Origin: an uncultured virus (IMG/VR IMGVR_UViG_3300026250_000004)
Lineage: Duplodnaviria; Heunggongvirae; Uroviricota; Caudoviricetes
Virus record (IMG/VR): IMGVR_UViG_3300026250_000004
Direction: 5' to 3' (one strand)
DNA length: 64,000 nt
In this document: positions 29,503 through 40,609 of the stretch, piece by piece
Layout of the letters: the number at the start of each line of letters is the position of its first letter
How positions within the stretch are numbered: position 1 is the first letter of the stretch
Notes under the pieces: model-generated
The model's input: only the letters and a program-made list of their open reading frames with translations
Database searches by the model: none
Told to the model about the DNA's origin: nothing
Program-made: the position numbers and the translations under genes

Positions 29503-32500
29503 CAATTAACCACCTCCATTAATCTAATTCCTGTATAGTTTTTACGAGTCGCTTCTAATCGCCATATGACCTTGTTATCACTTCCCCCGCCATTCCTTTC
29601 CTTTACCTTAAAGTAATCCTCGCCTACCTCTGCTACATAAACCCCATTCTCACCATAGCTCTCTACCCATACCTGCCAAGGCGTTAACTCTGCATCTGGC
29701 TCGATGCACTGCAAGAATATCGGGTCTAGTTTAACGATTGCCTCACCGTTGATAAGATTAGTTACACCACGGTCATAATAGAGTAATTCGGGTGTTTCTG
29801 TCGCATACAAGAGCCTTGTGCCATAGTCTTCTGTAGGCTCAACGGCTGAATAAGAACCTGTCTTAGTTATATTCCCCGAAACATGCAAATCGGTTGTTTT
29901 AACATAGCCATATACCGAAAATATATTAATATCGCCATTATTATAACCTATCATACCAGCTAATCCAGAACCAGTAGTTTTATACCGATAAAAGTAAATT
30001 GCACCTCCACCTTCAGTTTCATATTCTACATCTGGCGCAATAATTTCTAATACTTTTACTGAATTTGTACCATTATATCTACCATAAACGGTTAATATAT
30101 TAGGGGCGGTCAATTCAATGTAAGCTAAAGCATCTTCTGAACCCGTCCTAAAAAGTGAGGAATGTATCTCCCCGTCAACAATCTTAATCCCGTATTTCCG
30201 TACTGCGTCCCTTAGCCAACTGCCCACCAACACCCGCAGGGTATCTTCCGAGTCATATACCTTTAGCCCATCCGTCTCAACTCTTACATACCCCGGCCAC
30301 TGCTTAAATTCTTCTGAGGTATAAAAAGGCGCATCAACTATATGCCAAGCATTGACCTTTTCTATAGGCTGATATACTTTGTCTATCCTCAACTCGTCTA
30401 TTGTCGTTCCTATCTGATTCGCCCCTGCTTTGTCTGAGCCGATATAAACGTAAGTATCAAGCGTAGTAACCTGTCCCGGATTCTCGATATAAGCTGATTC
30501 TGCACCGTTGATAATCAAAGATAGTCTGTCTGTTTTCCATTGGATAGCGATATTGTCCCATGCGGTCAGGGTTGACTTGTTGACCCCATAGGCGACATTA
30601 AACTCATTATTCACATGCACATATAAGATTTCAAGCGTTGGAGTTTTATATATCGACTCGCTATAAAGCAAGGCTTTAATCTTTAACTTCAAGGCTGAAG
30701 TATCAACAACGAAAGCAAGGTCAGGTATTTCAGAATTCTTAGAACATATTTTCTCTGTAGAATAAGTGCTCCCTCCGTCTGTACTAAATGACGAAAAAAC
30801 AAACAATCCTGTATCAACAGAAGCATGCGCTGTCCAGTTAATAACACTACTGCCGACATTACCCAATGAACTTAAGTCGTACACTTTTTGCCAGCTTCCA
30901 CTTGCTTTATAAGCGGAATTAACTGCAATATTTATCTGAGACACCGAAGGAGTAACGCTATCATCAGAGGTAGCGAGAGTCACCTTGACCTTCATCTTGG
31001 CACTCGATAAATCCATCCCTGCTGTGATGCCGGGGATTGCACTTCCGCTAGTACAAGTAGCATAACTGCCGTAGTTTATACCATCGGTTGCGATTGCCAC
31101 CTGTACTTGTATTGAGGTATTGGCAGGAGTGGTAGCAGACCAGGATAGCATTGAGCCTCTAGCTACCCCTACTGCTGATAAGTCGTATTCTTTTTCCCAA
31201 GTGCCGGAAAGGGCGTAGGTGCCGGGGGTTTCGGTTGCTTCCATGAGTTCTATTTCAGTAACTGACATATTGTTCGCGGTACCGTTTATGCCATAAACCC
31301 TATAGTATCTATAAGCAGTTGCATTTTCAAACTCATATTCTTCCCAACCTGAAACACTACCAAAGCTATCAGTGTAAATATCTGTCCAACTCGTACCGTT
31401 ATTAGAACCTTGCAGTTTAAAATCATTCAGAGAAGCAGCCGCATAAAGCCTCAATTTTCTTGCTACTTTTGTTATCCCTGAGCCTAAATCTACTCTTACC
31501 CAATGAGGAAAACTCGTATTAGTAGACCGCCAAGCACTTGATTCGTTATCATCAAATGCTTTGGAAGCAACAACAAGGACAGAAGCTTCACTATCTGCCG
31601 AATAAGTTTTTCCACCTGTAAAGTCTGTTCCGTAAATCAAGTCGCCCGGTGTATATTTCAACTTTACCCCATTAATATACTCCGTATTTATAAGAGTCCC
31701 AGCTTCAAACTCCGCTTGCGTATCGTCTGTTATGGCAAAATCTGTTCCTTCTTTGCCTAATGTCAAGTCACCCGTAGCATTACTCTGAACATCAGTCAAA
31801 GTGCCTGTGTTGAAGTCTGCTTGTGAGGTTTCCGCTACGACAAATTCTACTTTTTTATCCTCGACATATAGTTTCCCATCATCCGCTATACCAACCTTAA
31901 TGGCTTGATTACCGTCGGAAGCACCCAGGTCAAAGAGCACCGAGCCATTAGCTGAGTCTGTAAGGTTTTTAGCCCTGAAGTTTATAGCCCCCGCACTTAC
32001 GCTCATGCCCGTCGTTGGGACTTTGAGCACCCCCAACCGCGAGCCGTTAACAAAAGGGGTAGCATGGTCCTTTTGTTCAAGTTGAATGTCTGTAACCTTA
32101 AAATAATCATCTACAGCACCTTCACCAAATGCTGCCCATATATCTACGGAAGTATCGTCAGCTCCTGTAGTAAAAGTAAAAGAAGCTATTCCCTGAGAAG
32201 TCGGTAAACCTGCAAGTGCTAGTGCACCTGATACATTACCAAAAACCGCCAACACCCCATTACTAAATTCATAAGGGCTATAACCCAAACCTGATATTGT
32301 ATAGGTCGTATTAGGTGAAACCGCTATCTCTGTCTGCTTTATACCGGGGTAAACATTCTCATCAGTTATGTTACAGACCACATGATTAAAGGTCTTCCCG
32401 CTTTCAGTAACGATGGTTTGCGTAATATCTGTATCGCTCGTAAGGCTTACCCAACCGGTAGTGCCATCAGCAAAGTTGCCGTTTGTCACAAGGTTTGTCG

Positions 32501-34979
32501 TCCCTTCCTCAACCTTAACCGCTTGCCCAAAACAGCCTGTGTCAAAGTTAGCATCAGCAATCGCAGGTATGCCTTTATGGTTATTCAAACTCCCGTCAAA
32601 GTGCCAAAGGCCCAAGCAGTCTGCATCTACGCCCATACCGACAGATGTTATCTGTGTCGGGTCGTAGCCACTTTCAAAGGTAGTGTCTGCGCCAACAGTT
32701 ATTACGCCCGCATTTAACTTACCTACCCATCCAGCATCAGCGTGTATGCCCTCACCAGAGATAGCTAGCTTCCAAGTCTGCCCACCGTCATAGGAGATAA
32801 TCAAGCCTTGTGGAGTAATTCTAAGCAATTTGCCAGTTAATTCACCTGTTACTTCGTCACGATCAAACCAAGTAGATACACCATCAACCAGCGTATAATC
32901 ACCACTTGCACCGTTGATTTCAGTTGCTTCTGTATTGATTATTGCTTTAAGCAAGTTTTGAAAACTCGTATTCGGAGCAACCACATTCTTATAAAACTTC
33001 GCCATTAAAACGGTCTGTGCTACTGTTGCGGCTATCTTCTCCAACGGGTCGCCTAACTCCATGTCGCATAGCCACGGTTGGAATACATTGTGCCGATAGC
33101 GGATGATTCGCACTCTAGCATTAGCACCAAAATCCTCATCAAATAAGTCCACCATGTCGCTTCGTTTGAAAGTCTCATGCCCATAACCAGGAATTGAACG
33201 CAGGTCTAACACTTCGGTCTTGTAGTTGTGTCGGGGTCTGCACATGACGGCTAGTTGTTTCTCGCCTTGCACTTTTAGTTGTGCTTGGTCTGCTAAGTCT
33301 TGGTTGTACCAAACTCCCTCTAAAACCTGCGTAGAATAGCTCTGGTTGTCGAGGTAAAGCAAGCCACCGTTAACTGTAGCAATATTTAAGTCATTTTCAC
33401 CAAAAGGATATAACCGTGTCACTATGTCGTAATCATCAACGCGATTAATGCCTTTCAAGTTTTTAGCATAGCGTATTTGATAACCTGTGTAGTTCTGCCA
33501 CGCTTCTTCATCACGCAAGGAGACGGTTTTGTTTATGCTATCCCAAATTAGAATACCGCCCCATTTTTCCTGCACTTGATTGATATTGTATAAGACGCTT
33601 TCCTTCTCGGTTTCAAGGTCAAAGGTGCCTACTACATCTACTGTACCTACTGTCCAACCCGTGCCGTTAAGGAGATAAGATAATGCACTTCCAGCAGAGC
33701 CAGCTTCAAATCCACCATGAGCTTCGCCACCAGATACGATTATTACTGCACCCCACGGAGGATTGGGATTCTGCGGGTCGTTGGAAACGGTCTGATATTT
33801 CTTGCCCAACAGTACCCATGATTCGTGAGCTTTGATTTTACCAGTTAACTTTTGCCCGTCCCTTTGCTTGTCTACTGCATCAGGATTGAGAATTACAAAC
33901 TCTTTGCCGTCTGCGTAAATACGGTACTTGTCAGTGAGATATTGCCATTTTGTCTCTAATTTAAGCGTTGTCAAACTTAGACTATGCAACTGCGGGGTTG
34001 CGCTCGTGTCGGTCGTGCTTAGCGTTTCCTTGATTTTTAGCCTTGCGGTAGACAAATTGGTATCGCTTGCAATGCCCGGTATACTGCTGCCGCTTGTCGC
34101 TTCCTGATATGCCCCGTAGGTTGCACCTCCATCTGTGCTGAGTGCGATTTCCACCTTGACGACTGTATCTGTCGGCGTAGTTTTTGACCACTCTATTTTA
34201 GTGCCACCTGCGGGATTTGCGCCGGACAGGTCTACCTCTTTGATGCGAGTGCCAAAGGGCTTGGGTTGGCTACCATACACCTGCCATTCAGAAAGCTCAT
34301 AATAGCTTCCTGCGGCGGAGGCACTAACGGTCATACGGACATAACGCCCGTTGACAGTTGTAAAAGTATGTTCTACCCAAGCCTTATGAACAGTATTGCC
34401 TGTTTTCGTGACAACTACCGTTTGTTCCCCTGCAAACGCTCCTGTCTCCGAAATGGCGATAGTATAATCTTTTGGATAACGCCCCGTTGTACTATTGTCT
34501 ATCCACCTAACTTTGTCGATATTAAAAACATCACCTAAGTCTATTTGATGCCACTGCGGAAATACCGCCCCGCTAGCTGTACCAAAATGTGTACCCGGCC
34601 CAAAAACGATACTTCCGTCAACTAAATTATCAGGGCTGTAGGCAGAGCTATACATACTTGATGCTGACATACCGCTTTCTTTGCCTGTGGAAATGTCGCT
34701 ACTTATAGTTGTAGCAAGCTCCAAATCCCCCGCACTTGTAGCCACTACATTGGCAAGAGTGCCGGAGTTAAAATCGGCCTGTGTGGTTTCAGCATAAGTA
34801 AAATCAGTAATTGACTGCGTTTTTAAATTCAAAGGCAACTCAATCTCAAGCGTACAAGTGCCATTCTGCTCATCATCAATCCAGCATTCTTTCAAGCCAT
34901 CTGATTCGGGCGATAAAAAAGCTACCGTATCACCGGTAGCCGTCTTAATCTCGATATATTCAGGTATTATATAAGGCAA
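29502..34979 (-). CDS. tail tip/receptor-binding protein (Tal-like core plus F5/8C, CBM-like and LamG-like modules)
   Basis: YQIRYAKNLKGI..IVTRLYPFG; discoidin motifs WHQIDLG/WVRVDLG; GLWHFDG..IDELRI. Confidence 0.85.
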   Translation of the reverse strand: MPYIIPEYIEIKTATGDTVAFLSPESDGLKECWIDDEQNGTCTLEIELPLNLKTQSITDFTYAETTQADFNSGTLANVVATSAGDLELATTISSDISTGKESGMSASSMYSSAYSPDNLVDGSIVFGPGTHFGTASGAVFPQWHQIDLGDVFNIDKVRWIDNSTTGRYPKDYTIAISETGAFAGEQTVVVTKTGNTVHKAWVEHTFTTVNGRYVRMTVSASAAGSYYELSEWQVYGSQPKPFGTRIKEVDLSGANPAGGTKIEWSKTTPTDTVVKVEIALSTDGGATYGAYQEATSGSSIPGIASDTNLSTARLKIKETLSTTDTSATPQLHSLSLTTLKLETKWQYLTDKYRIYADGKEFVILNPDAVDKQRDGQKLTGKIKAHESWVLLGKKYQTVSNDPQNPNPPWGAVIIVSGGEAHGGFEAGSAGSALSYLLNGTGWTVGTVDVVGTFDLETEKESVLYNINQVQEKWGGILIWDSINKTVSLRDEEAWQNYTGYQIRYAKNLKGINRVDDYDIVTRLYPFGENDLNIATVNGGLLYLDNQSYSTQVLEGVWYNQDLADQAQLKVQGEKQLAVMCRPRHNYKTEVLDLRSIPGYGHETFKRSDMVDLFDEDFGANARVRIIRYRHNVFQPWLCDMELGDPLEKIAATVAQTVLMAKFYKNVVAPNTSFQNLLKAIINTEATEINGASGDYTLVDGVSTWFDRDEVTGELTGKLLRITPQGLIISYDGGQTWKLAISGEGIHADAGWVGKLNAGVITVGADTTFESGYDPTQITSVGMGVDADCLGLWHFDGSLNNHKGIPAIADANFDTGCFGQAVKVEEGTTNLVTNGNFADGTTGWVSLTSDTDITQTIVTESGKTFNHVVCNITDENVYPGIKQTEIAVSPNTTYTISGLGYSPYEFSNGVLAVFGNVSGALALAGLPTSQGIASFTFTTGADDTSVDIWAAFGEGAVDDYFKVTDIQLEQKDHATPFVNGSRLGVLKVPTTGMSVSAGAINFRAKNLTDSANGSVLFDLGASDGNQAIKVGIADDGKLYVEDKKVEFVVAETSQADFNTGTLTDVQSNATGDLTLGKEGTDFAITDDTQAEFEAGTLINTEYINGVKLKYTPGDLIYGTDFTGGKTYSADSEASVLVVASKAFDDNESSAWRSTNTSFPHWVRVDLGSGITKVARKLRLYAAASLNDFKLQGSNNGTSWTDIYTDSFGSVSGWEEYEFENATAYRYYRVYGINGTANNMSVTEIELMEATETPGTYALSGTWEKEYDLSAVGVARGSMLSWSATTPANTSIQVQVAIATDGINYGSYATCTSGSAIPGITAGMDLSSAKMKVKVTLATSDDSVTPSVSQINIAVNSAYKASGSWQKVYDLSSLGNVGSSVINWTAHASVDTGLFVFSSFSTDGGSTYSTEKICSKNSEIPDLAFVVDTSALKLKIKALLYSESIYKTPTLEILYVHVNNEFNVAYGVNKSTLTAWDNIAIQWKTDRLSLIINGAESAYIENPGQVTTLDTYVYIGSDKAGANQIGTTIDELRIDKVYQPIEKVNAWHIVDAPFYTSEEFKQWPGYVRVETDGLKVYDSEDTLRVLVGSWLRDAVRKYGIKIVDGEIHSSLFRTGSEDALAYIELTAPNILTVYGRYNGTNSVKVLEIIAPDVEYETEGGGAIYFYRYKTTGSGLAGMIGYNNGDINIFSVYGYVKTTDLHVSGNITKTGSYSAVEPTEDYGTRLLYATETPELLYYDRGVTNLINGEAIVKLDPIFLQCIEPDAELTPWQVWVESYGENGVYVAEVGEDYFKVKERNGGGSDNKVIWRLEATRKNYTGIRLMEVVN

Positions 34980-34991
34980 ATTCTCACCTCC

Positions 34992-35705
34992 TTACTGCCA
35001 TCTGTTGTACCATTTAACGGTTGTCGTACCTGCACTAGCCGCAGTTACAGTATTGTTTCCAACCGCTAACTTTGGGAAAATGCCGTTAAAGTTAGCCAAT
35101 GCATTAGCACCGTTAAAAGTGCAAGTTAGTTTTTCCGTGTCAATTATCAATGTGTCGCTTGCAGTTACAGTTCCGGTATAGGTCATTGTCTTACCTGCCA
35201 CCGTAACGCTAGGATTGGTCACAGAACCAACGATTTCAACTACAACAGGTGTTTCTTCATTGCCACTATTTACTGCCGTTCCAGAGCCTTCTAAAAGGCT
35301 TTCCGTTGATGCTTTGATTATAGGGTCGTGCATTTTAAAAGGAATGGTAAATTTGCGATAACCGGGTCCTTCTTCAATGACTCTTAATTGCCCAACATAA
35401 AGCACGTTGTAGACTTTTCCAGCCCTATTAGCAAAAGTTAAAGCTTGCACTCCAAGTTTAGGATTTAAAGCACCCATTATAACCGCTTCTTTTGCGCCCC
35501 ATGTTTCAGGCGTTGTCTCAACGAAACAAGGCAGGGATATTAACCCTGCCTCCATATCAACACCGAAAAGGATTTCACCATCTTTGCCGGGAACTGACTC
35601 TGAATAGTCTTTGAAGTTTCGGATAAATTCAGTTCCTTTCATCACATACGCCAGTTCTGTTGAACCTGATTTCAATATTCCGTTCGCATCCACTGTTAAA
35701 GCCAT
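34992..35705 (-). CDS. distal tail protein (Dit)
   Basis: SVPGKDG..FTIPFKMHDP..FPKLAVGNN; between TMP and Tal. Confidence 0.8.
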   Translation of the reverse strand: MALTVDANGILKSGSTELAYVMKGTEFIRNFKDYSESVPGKDGEILFGVDMEAGLISLPCFVETTPETWGAKEAVIMGALNPKLGVQALTFANRAGKVYNVLYVGQLRVIEEGPGYRKFTIPFKMHDPIIKASTESLLEGSGTAVNSGNEETPVVVEIVGSVTNPSVTVAGKTMTYTGTVTASDTLIIDTEKLTCTFNGANALANFNGIFPKLAVGNNTVTAASAGTTTVKWYNRWQ

Positions 35706-35719
35706 ATATCAACCACCCC

Positions 35720-38700
35720 CTAACCATTAGCCGTTAGCATTGAACGAATTTCAATACCTAATGCCTGCATGTCTGCTCTGTCATTCAATGATACATTTTC
35801 AATGTTTACAGCTTTATCAACTAACAACCTACGCCGTTCCATAGCAGTTATTATCTTGTCAGCTACACGATTTAAGTCAGCAGTACCACCACCGCTTATC
35901 ATGCTACTTATATCCGGTGTTTTAACCAAGATAGAAGCCAACCTGTCAAAACTAGCAGTTAATTTGGGCGATAACACCCGTTCATCATGCCTTAGAACTG
36001 CCGCCCCATCACGCAGTACCTTTGCCCCATCGTGTGCCTTGTCCCATATCGAAACCTCGCGGTTTTTATCGTTATAGGTTACGCTATAACCAAGTGCTTC
36101 TGCTACTTCACGAATACCCAAGTATGTTCTGCCGTTATCGTTCCATGCAGGAGTGAATTTACGACCATTAATGGTAACCGTTCCATCTGCTTGATTCCAA
36201 GTAGCTGAATAACCTAAAAGTCCCGCTAACGTTTGCGACCACGCATAAGTATAACCACTTTTATTAACATAGTTTTCTGGTCCAACAACAGCCTTGAGCC
36301 TTTTGCCGCCACCACCAGTACCAGTGCCGGGTTCGGGGGGCCTGCCACCGCCTCCGGTTCCACCACCAGGGCTACCGCCAGAACCGCCACCACCAATTAA
36401 ATCGTCTATTTGCTCTAATGCGCTGCCAAAGTCTAAATTACCCCTGAACGCTTCGGAGGCTATACGAGCAATTTCAGCCATCTTCCGTTCCAGCTCTTCA
36501 CCGCTTACATCTGTAGCTGCCATCATGCGCAGGTTGCTATCGTCTAAAAGTCTCTCAAGTTCACTATAAAACTTCTGCATTTCCTGCTTCTTGCGGTCGT
36601 TTTGCTTTTTAATCTGATTGATCTCTTCCCGGGCGGCTTTCTCGATAGCTTTTTGTTCTTCCCGTAAAGCATCTATCTGGTCTTGATAAGCGTCCTTCTG
36701 GTCCTCTCTAGCCCATTGATTCTGCTGCAATGACCATCTGCGATCTTCTTCAGCTATTTGCTTGTCAATATCAGCTATGGCGTCCTGATGTTCTAAGCCG
36801 GTTCTAAGCTGATGATACATTCGTTCTTCCGCGAGTTCAGCTAGTTTTTGCTCATGCTGCCTTGCGGCTTCTTCCCTATCTTCTGCTTCTGCATCATCAT
36901 CCAACAAATCCATTAGTTTTTGAATGGCCTTAATCTGCTCATCAATCGCACTTACCGCCGCATTAGCTTGTTCCTCTTTTTGTTCAATCAGGCGGTCATT
37001 TGTCTCGATTTCAGATTCATACTGTCTCATGCGAGCATCATACGCATCTTTGATTCGGTCGCGTTCTCGCTGCAACATTTCCAACCGATTTCTATATTGC
37101 TTTTCCTCAAGGTCCCACAATTGCTCACGTTCCAGTCTTTCCTTGTCAATGCTCGCTAAAATTTCCGCTTCCAGTTGTGCGTTCATCCGACCAATAGCTT
37201 CCATGTGTTGCATCCATGCCATTGTCTGCTGGTAGTATGCGGTATAAGCTGAAGTAGCCAACTGCTCCATAGCACCTTTGTTTTCCCATATCTTTTGAGT
37301 GTTACTTGCTATCGCACCGGAAAGACTATCCATTTCGCTTTTAAGAGATGATACAGCACTTGCAGCGTTTTTCATGTGTTCTTCGTCACCAGCAGTTTTA
37401 AACCGTTCGTATTCGTCCGTTGCTTTAGCCAATAATGGGGTTAGTGCATCAATCTGTTGCTGATATTGCCGATTAGCATTTGTTAACTGTACTTGCTCAT
37501 TGTTTAATAAAGCAATTTTACGAGCTAACAATTCCTGCATACGAGCATAATCTTCTGTTGTAGCAGTACCATTTTCTATCTTACTGTTTAAATAGTCGTA
37601 TTCGGCATTAGCTACGTTTAACTTTCTACCAACTGCGTCCATAGCTGATTCTATGCCCATGTTGACTATTTCAAACATTTTAGAGGTTTCCGCTAGTCGC
37701 TTTAATGCTTCAGCAATTTCATCAATTTCTTTACCTTTAGAACCGGAACCACCGGGCGCACCAGGGGCAGAATAATCTCCGCCAGTTGCAATATCAGCGT
37801 TTATTGCCGCTATATTTCTTTGAGAGTCTTTTATGGCTCTTTCAATGGATTCAATTTGTGATTTAGCTTGCTTTGCTGCTTTAACGGATTCTGCTCTTTC
37901 TTTTTTAAGATTATCTATATTCAAGTGTCTAGGGTCTTTATTAAATTGGTTTAATGGATTAATCTGTTTTAAAAAGTTTCCAGCAGCTTGCATAAATCCC
38001 CATGACATAGGGTCATTATAAGCATTTATTTCCTGTTGTATTATTTCTAATCTAGCAATCGCAGCTTGTTTTACTGCATCGACTTTTTTAAGTTCATCAT
38101 TTTGAGTTTTTATTACAAGGTTATTTTCAGCAATTTCCAATTCCTTTAGTTTTGCCATTATATCGTCAACTGTTGCGTTGCGCTTTAATCCTGCTTCTTC
38201 TGCTATATCAGCAATAAGTCTCTCGGTTTCACCCAATGCTTCTTCAGTCTTTTTAGCTTCCCCTGAACCCTCTATTTGCCGCGCAAGAGCTTCGGTTAAT
38301 TTGTCTCTGCGCTCTACCAAGTCCTGCAATACGTTTTTTTCGCTTTCCCATTCCTGCGCTTGTTTGGCATGTTCCGCTACTTCTGTTTGCATTAATTGTA
38401 TTGAGCTTTTAAGCGATTCCGTTAAATCTTCTTGCGACTTTTTCAGGTCTTTACTTGCAACAATTAATTTTTCCATTTCTTCACGATTAATTTTTACAGA
38501 ATCAGACTCTTTATCCCAGCCATCAATAACTTCCGGCAGGGAATCAGCTATTTGCCCTTTAACAATATTTAACTCTTTAGCAGTTTGGTTGTATTCATCT
38601 GTACCTTTGCTGATGCCATCTAGTTTTTCACTTAATCTGTCATATTCAACAACCATGTTTTCAGCTATTTCGCCATGTGCAATTAATTCTTCATTGGCAC

Positions 38701-40552
38701 TAGCCATATTACGAGCTACCGCGATTGCTGCTGTAGATACCCCTATAATTGCAGCTACAACCGGACCACCAAAAGCAGCAATAATTCCTCTGCCTACATT
38801 GGTTAATAAAGCAGACACCCCTGTTAATGCAGACAATAAACCTCTGGTTGCTGCGGTTGTTGCACTAATCGGTACTGCCCAACCTGCCATTAAACCGCCT
38901 GCACCAGCTAAAGCACCGCTTATACCTAACCCTTTAAATGCAATGGTTAATAACTTTACTGCTGTCGTAACCTCAATAAGCGTTAATAATACCGTTTGAG
39001 TTGTATCATCTAAATTATTAAACCATTGTACTACATCGGTTACCCCTTCAACTAAAGCAGTTATTTCCCTGAGTAATCCAGCATCACCTAATGCTACAGC
39101 TAGTTGTTCTGCTGATGCTTTCAATACTTCAATCTGCTTTTCTAAAGTCTGCATGGTTCTTTCGTTTTCCTTTAAGGAATAACCGAGACTGTTTTCCTGG
39201 GCTATTAAAACTTCATCAACCTTTGACCAGTTCTGGAGCAAAGCAAGCAAGTAGTTGCGCCGATAAATACCAGCAGCAGCTTGTGATAAGTTCCTCTGCT
39301 GAATATCGTTGTACTGTTCTTCTATGCCTAGTATTTCTGCCATTTCTTCCGAGTAAAGTCCCGCTGCTTCTGCTTGGTCGGCAAATGCGTCACGTGACGA
39401 TTCACTCATTTTAGGCCATTTCCGCGCCATTTCATCAAAGATTTCTATTACATTTCTAAATTCGGTTCTTGCTGTATTGGCAAATACCGTTATTCCTTCT
39501 GTTTCAAATGCTTTAATAGCTGTAGGTCGTTGCATAAAGGAAAGGATTGAGTTAAGGGCATTTCCTATCTCACGGCCCGTTCTGCCCGTACTTTCCCGCA
39601 TTACAGTAAGTATAGCAATGGTTTCCTTCATGTTTAAACCAAGCACTTTGGCCGCGCCTGAAGAACGCTGAAGTCCAGCCACGAGGTCTGTACTCGTGAT
39701 AGCAAAATCATCCGCCACTTTATTAATAGCGTCTATAGTTGGTAATAATTCTTCGGCAGTTAACCCCCATTGAGCCATAATAGCTATCATTCCGTTTGTG
39801 GCTTGCTCTGAATTTAATTCGGCTGTATTTAAGGCTAACAATGAAGATTTGGTAAGTTCCAATGTATCTGCCATATCATAACCAGCTTGCGCCCAACGGA
39901 TAGCAATATCGCTTACATCTTCCCAAGTATCACCATAAGTAATGCCTAACTGCTGTAATTCATCACGCATACCCTTAAAGCTAAAGGCAGCATCTTCTGT
40001 TACACGGGCTATGGTGGTCATACCCATTTCAACGTCTTTTATAGTTGATATTGTTCCTGCAAGACCAGCAATACCGCCCATAACAAGACCACCAGTAACT
40101 AACCATGAAGCTCTACGTTCCATAAGTCCAGCGAAACCTTGAGGTTTTTGTTCAAAGGCAGCGCGTCTGGATTGCATGTATAATAGTTTTTCCTGTTCTA
40201 CCTGTTGTCTTGCTATTGCCAACTGCGCCTGAGCTTCTTTTTGGGCTATAGCCTGTCTGGTCAATGATTCCTTGGCTTGAATAGCAGATATCTTTGCTTC
40301 GCCTTCGGCTACTATTGCGGCCTTCTTTGCTTCGCCTTGTGCCGTGATTTGGGCTACCATAGATTGCTGTGCTGTCATTTGCTGAGTGTTGGCCGGAGTC
40401 AATAGGCTAGTATTCTTAAAGGCTTCTTGCGCCTTAAGTGCCGTCTGCTTCGCCATTTGCTCTATTAGTTCCATCTGCTTTGCAATATTATCAACATTAA
40501 ACCGCAAACTGGCTAATACAGCATTGCCGCCAGTAATATCGTTTTCATTCAT
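35720..40552 (-). CDS. tape measure protein (TP901-like core)
   Basis: 1610 aa, Ala-rich/coiled coil; DAINKVADDFA..GREIGNAL. Confidence 0.92.
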   Translation of the reverse strand: MNENDITGGNAVLASLRFNVDNIAKQMELIEQMAKQTALKAQEAFKNTSLLTPANTQQMTAQQSMVAQITAQGEAKKAAIVAEGEAKISAIQAKESLTRQAIAQKEAQAQLAIARQQVEQEKLLYMQSRRAAFEQKPQGFAGLMERRASWLVTGGLVMGGIAGLAGTISTIKDVEMGMTTIARVTEDAAFSFKGMRDELQQLGITYGDTWEDVSDIAIRWAQAGYDMADTLELTKSSLLALNTAELNSEQATNGMIAIMAQWGLTAEELLPTIDAINKVADDFAITSTDLVAGLQRSSGAAKVLGLNMKETIAILTVMRESTGRTGREIGNALNSILSFMQRPTAIKAFETEGITVFANTARTEFRNVIEIFDEMARKWPKMSESSRDAFADQAEAAGLYSEEMAEILGIEEQYNDIQQRNLSQAAAGIYRRNYLLALLQNWSKVDEVLIAQENSLGYSLKENERTMQTLEKQIEVLKASAEQLAVALGDAGLLREITALVEGVTDVVQWFNNLDDTTQTVLLTLIEVTTAVKLLTIAFKGLGISGALAGAGGLMAGWAVPISATTAATRGLLSALTGVSALLTNVGRGIIAAFGGPVVAAIIGVSTAAIAVARNMASANEELIAHGEIAENMVVEYDRLSEKLDGISKGTDEYNQTAKELNIVKGQIADSLPEVIDGWDKESDSVKINREEMEKLIVASKDLKKSQEDLTESLKSSIQLMQTEVAEHAKQAQEWESEKNVLQDLVERRDKLTEALARQIEGSGEAKKTEEALGETERLIADIAEEAGLKRNATVDDIMAKLKELEIAENNLVIKTQNDELKKVDAVKQAAIARLEIIQQEINAYNDPMSWGFMQAAGNFLKQINPLNQFNKDPRHLNIDNLKKERAESVKAAKQAKSQIESIERAIKDSQRNIAAINADIATGGDYSAPGAPGGSGSKGKEIDEIAEALKRLAETSKMFEIVNMGIESAMDAVGRKLNVANAEYDYLNSKIENGTATTEDYARMQELLARKIALLNNEQVQLTNANRQYQQQIDALTPLLAKATDEYERFKTAGDEEHMKNAASAVSSLKSEMDSLSGAIASNTQKIWENKGAMEQLATSAYTAYYQQTMAWMQHMEAIGRMNAQLEAEILASIDKERLEREQLWDLEEKQYRNRLEMLQRERDRIKDAYDARMRQYESEIETNDRLIEQKEEQANAAVSAIDEQIKAIQKLMDLLDDDAEAEDREEAARQHEQKLAELAEERMYHQLRTGLEHQDAIADIDKQIAEEDRRWSLQQNQWAREDQKDAYQDQIDALREEQKAIEKAAREEINQIKKQNDRKKQEMQKFYSELERLLDDSNLRMMAATDVSGEELERKMAEIARIASEAFRGNLDFGSALEQIDDLIGGGGSGGSPGGGTGGGGRPPEPGTGTGGGGKRLKAVVGPENYVNKSGYTYAWSQTLAGLLGYSATWNQADGTVTINGRKFTPAWNDNGRTYLGIREVAEALGYSVTYNDKNREVSIWDKAHDGAKVLRDGAAVLRHDERVLSPKLTASFDRLASILVKTPDISSMISGGGTADLNRVADKIITAMERRRLLVDKAVNIENVSLNDRADMQALGIEIRSMLTANG

Positions 40553-40570
40553 CCTATCACCTCTTTAAAT

Positions 40571-40606
40571 AAAAAAGAGAGGACTGATTTAACCAATCCT
40601 CTCTTT
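40571..40606 (-). terminator. intrinsic terminator closing the RAMP-HNH-array transcript
   Basis: Minus strand AAAGAGAGGA-TTGGTTAAATCAG-TCCTCTCTTTTTT. Confidence 0.8.
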
Positions 40607-40609
40607 ACT

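Noticed and set aside
29502..34979. Diversity-generating retroelement target
   Set aside because: No reverse transcriptase and no TR/VR pair seen; internal repeats are diverged at the protein level.
36290..36400. C-rich CC repeats as a second pentamer array
   Set aside because: Period is 3 and it encodes the Gly/Pro linker of the tape measure protein.
38178..38999. 273-aa + strand ORF and other long antisense ORFs
   Set aside because: Antisense shadows of coiled-coil genes (TMP, SbcC, scaffold) with Ser/Leu-rich composition and no RBS.
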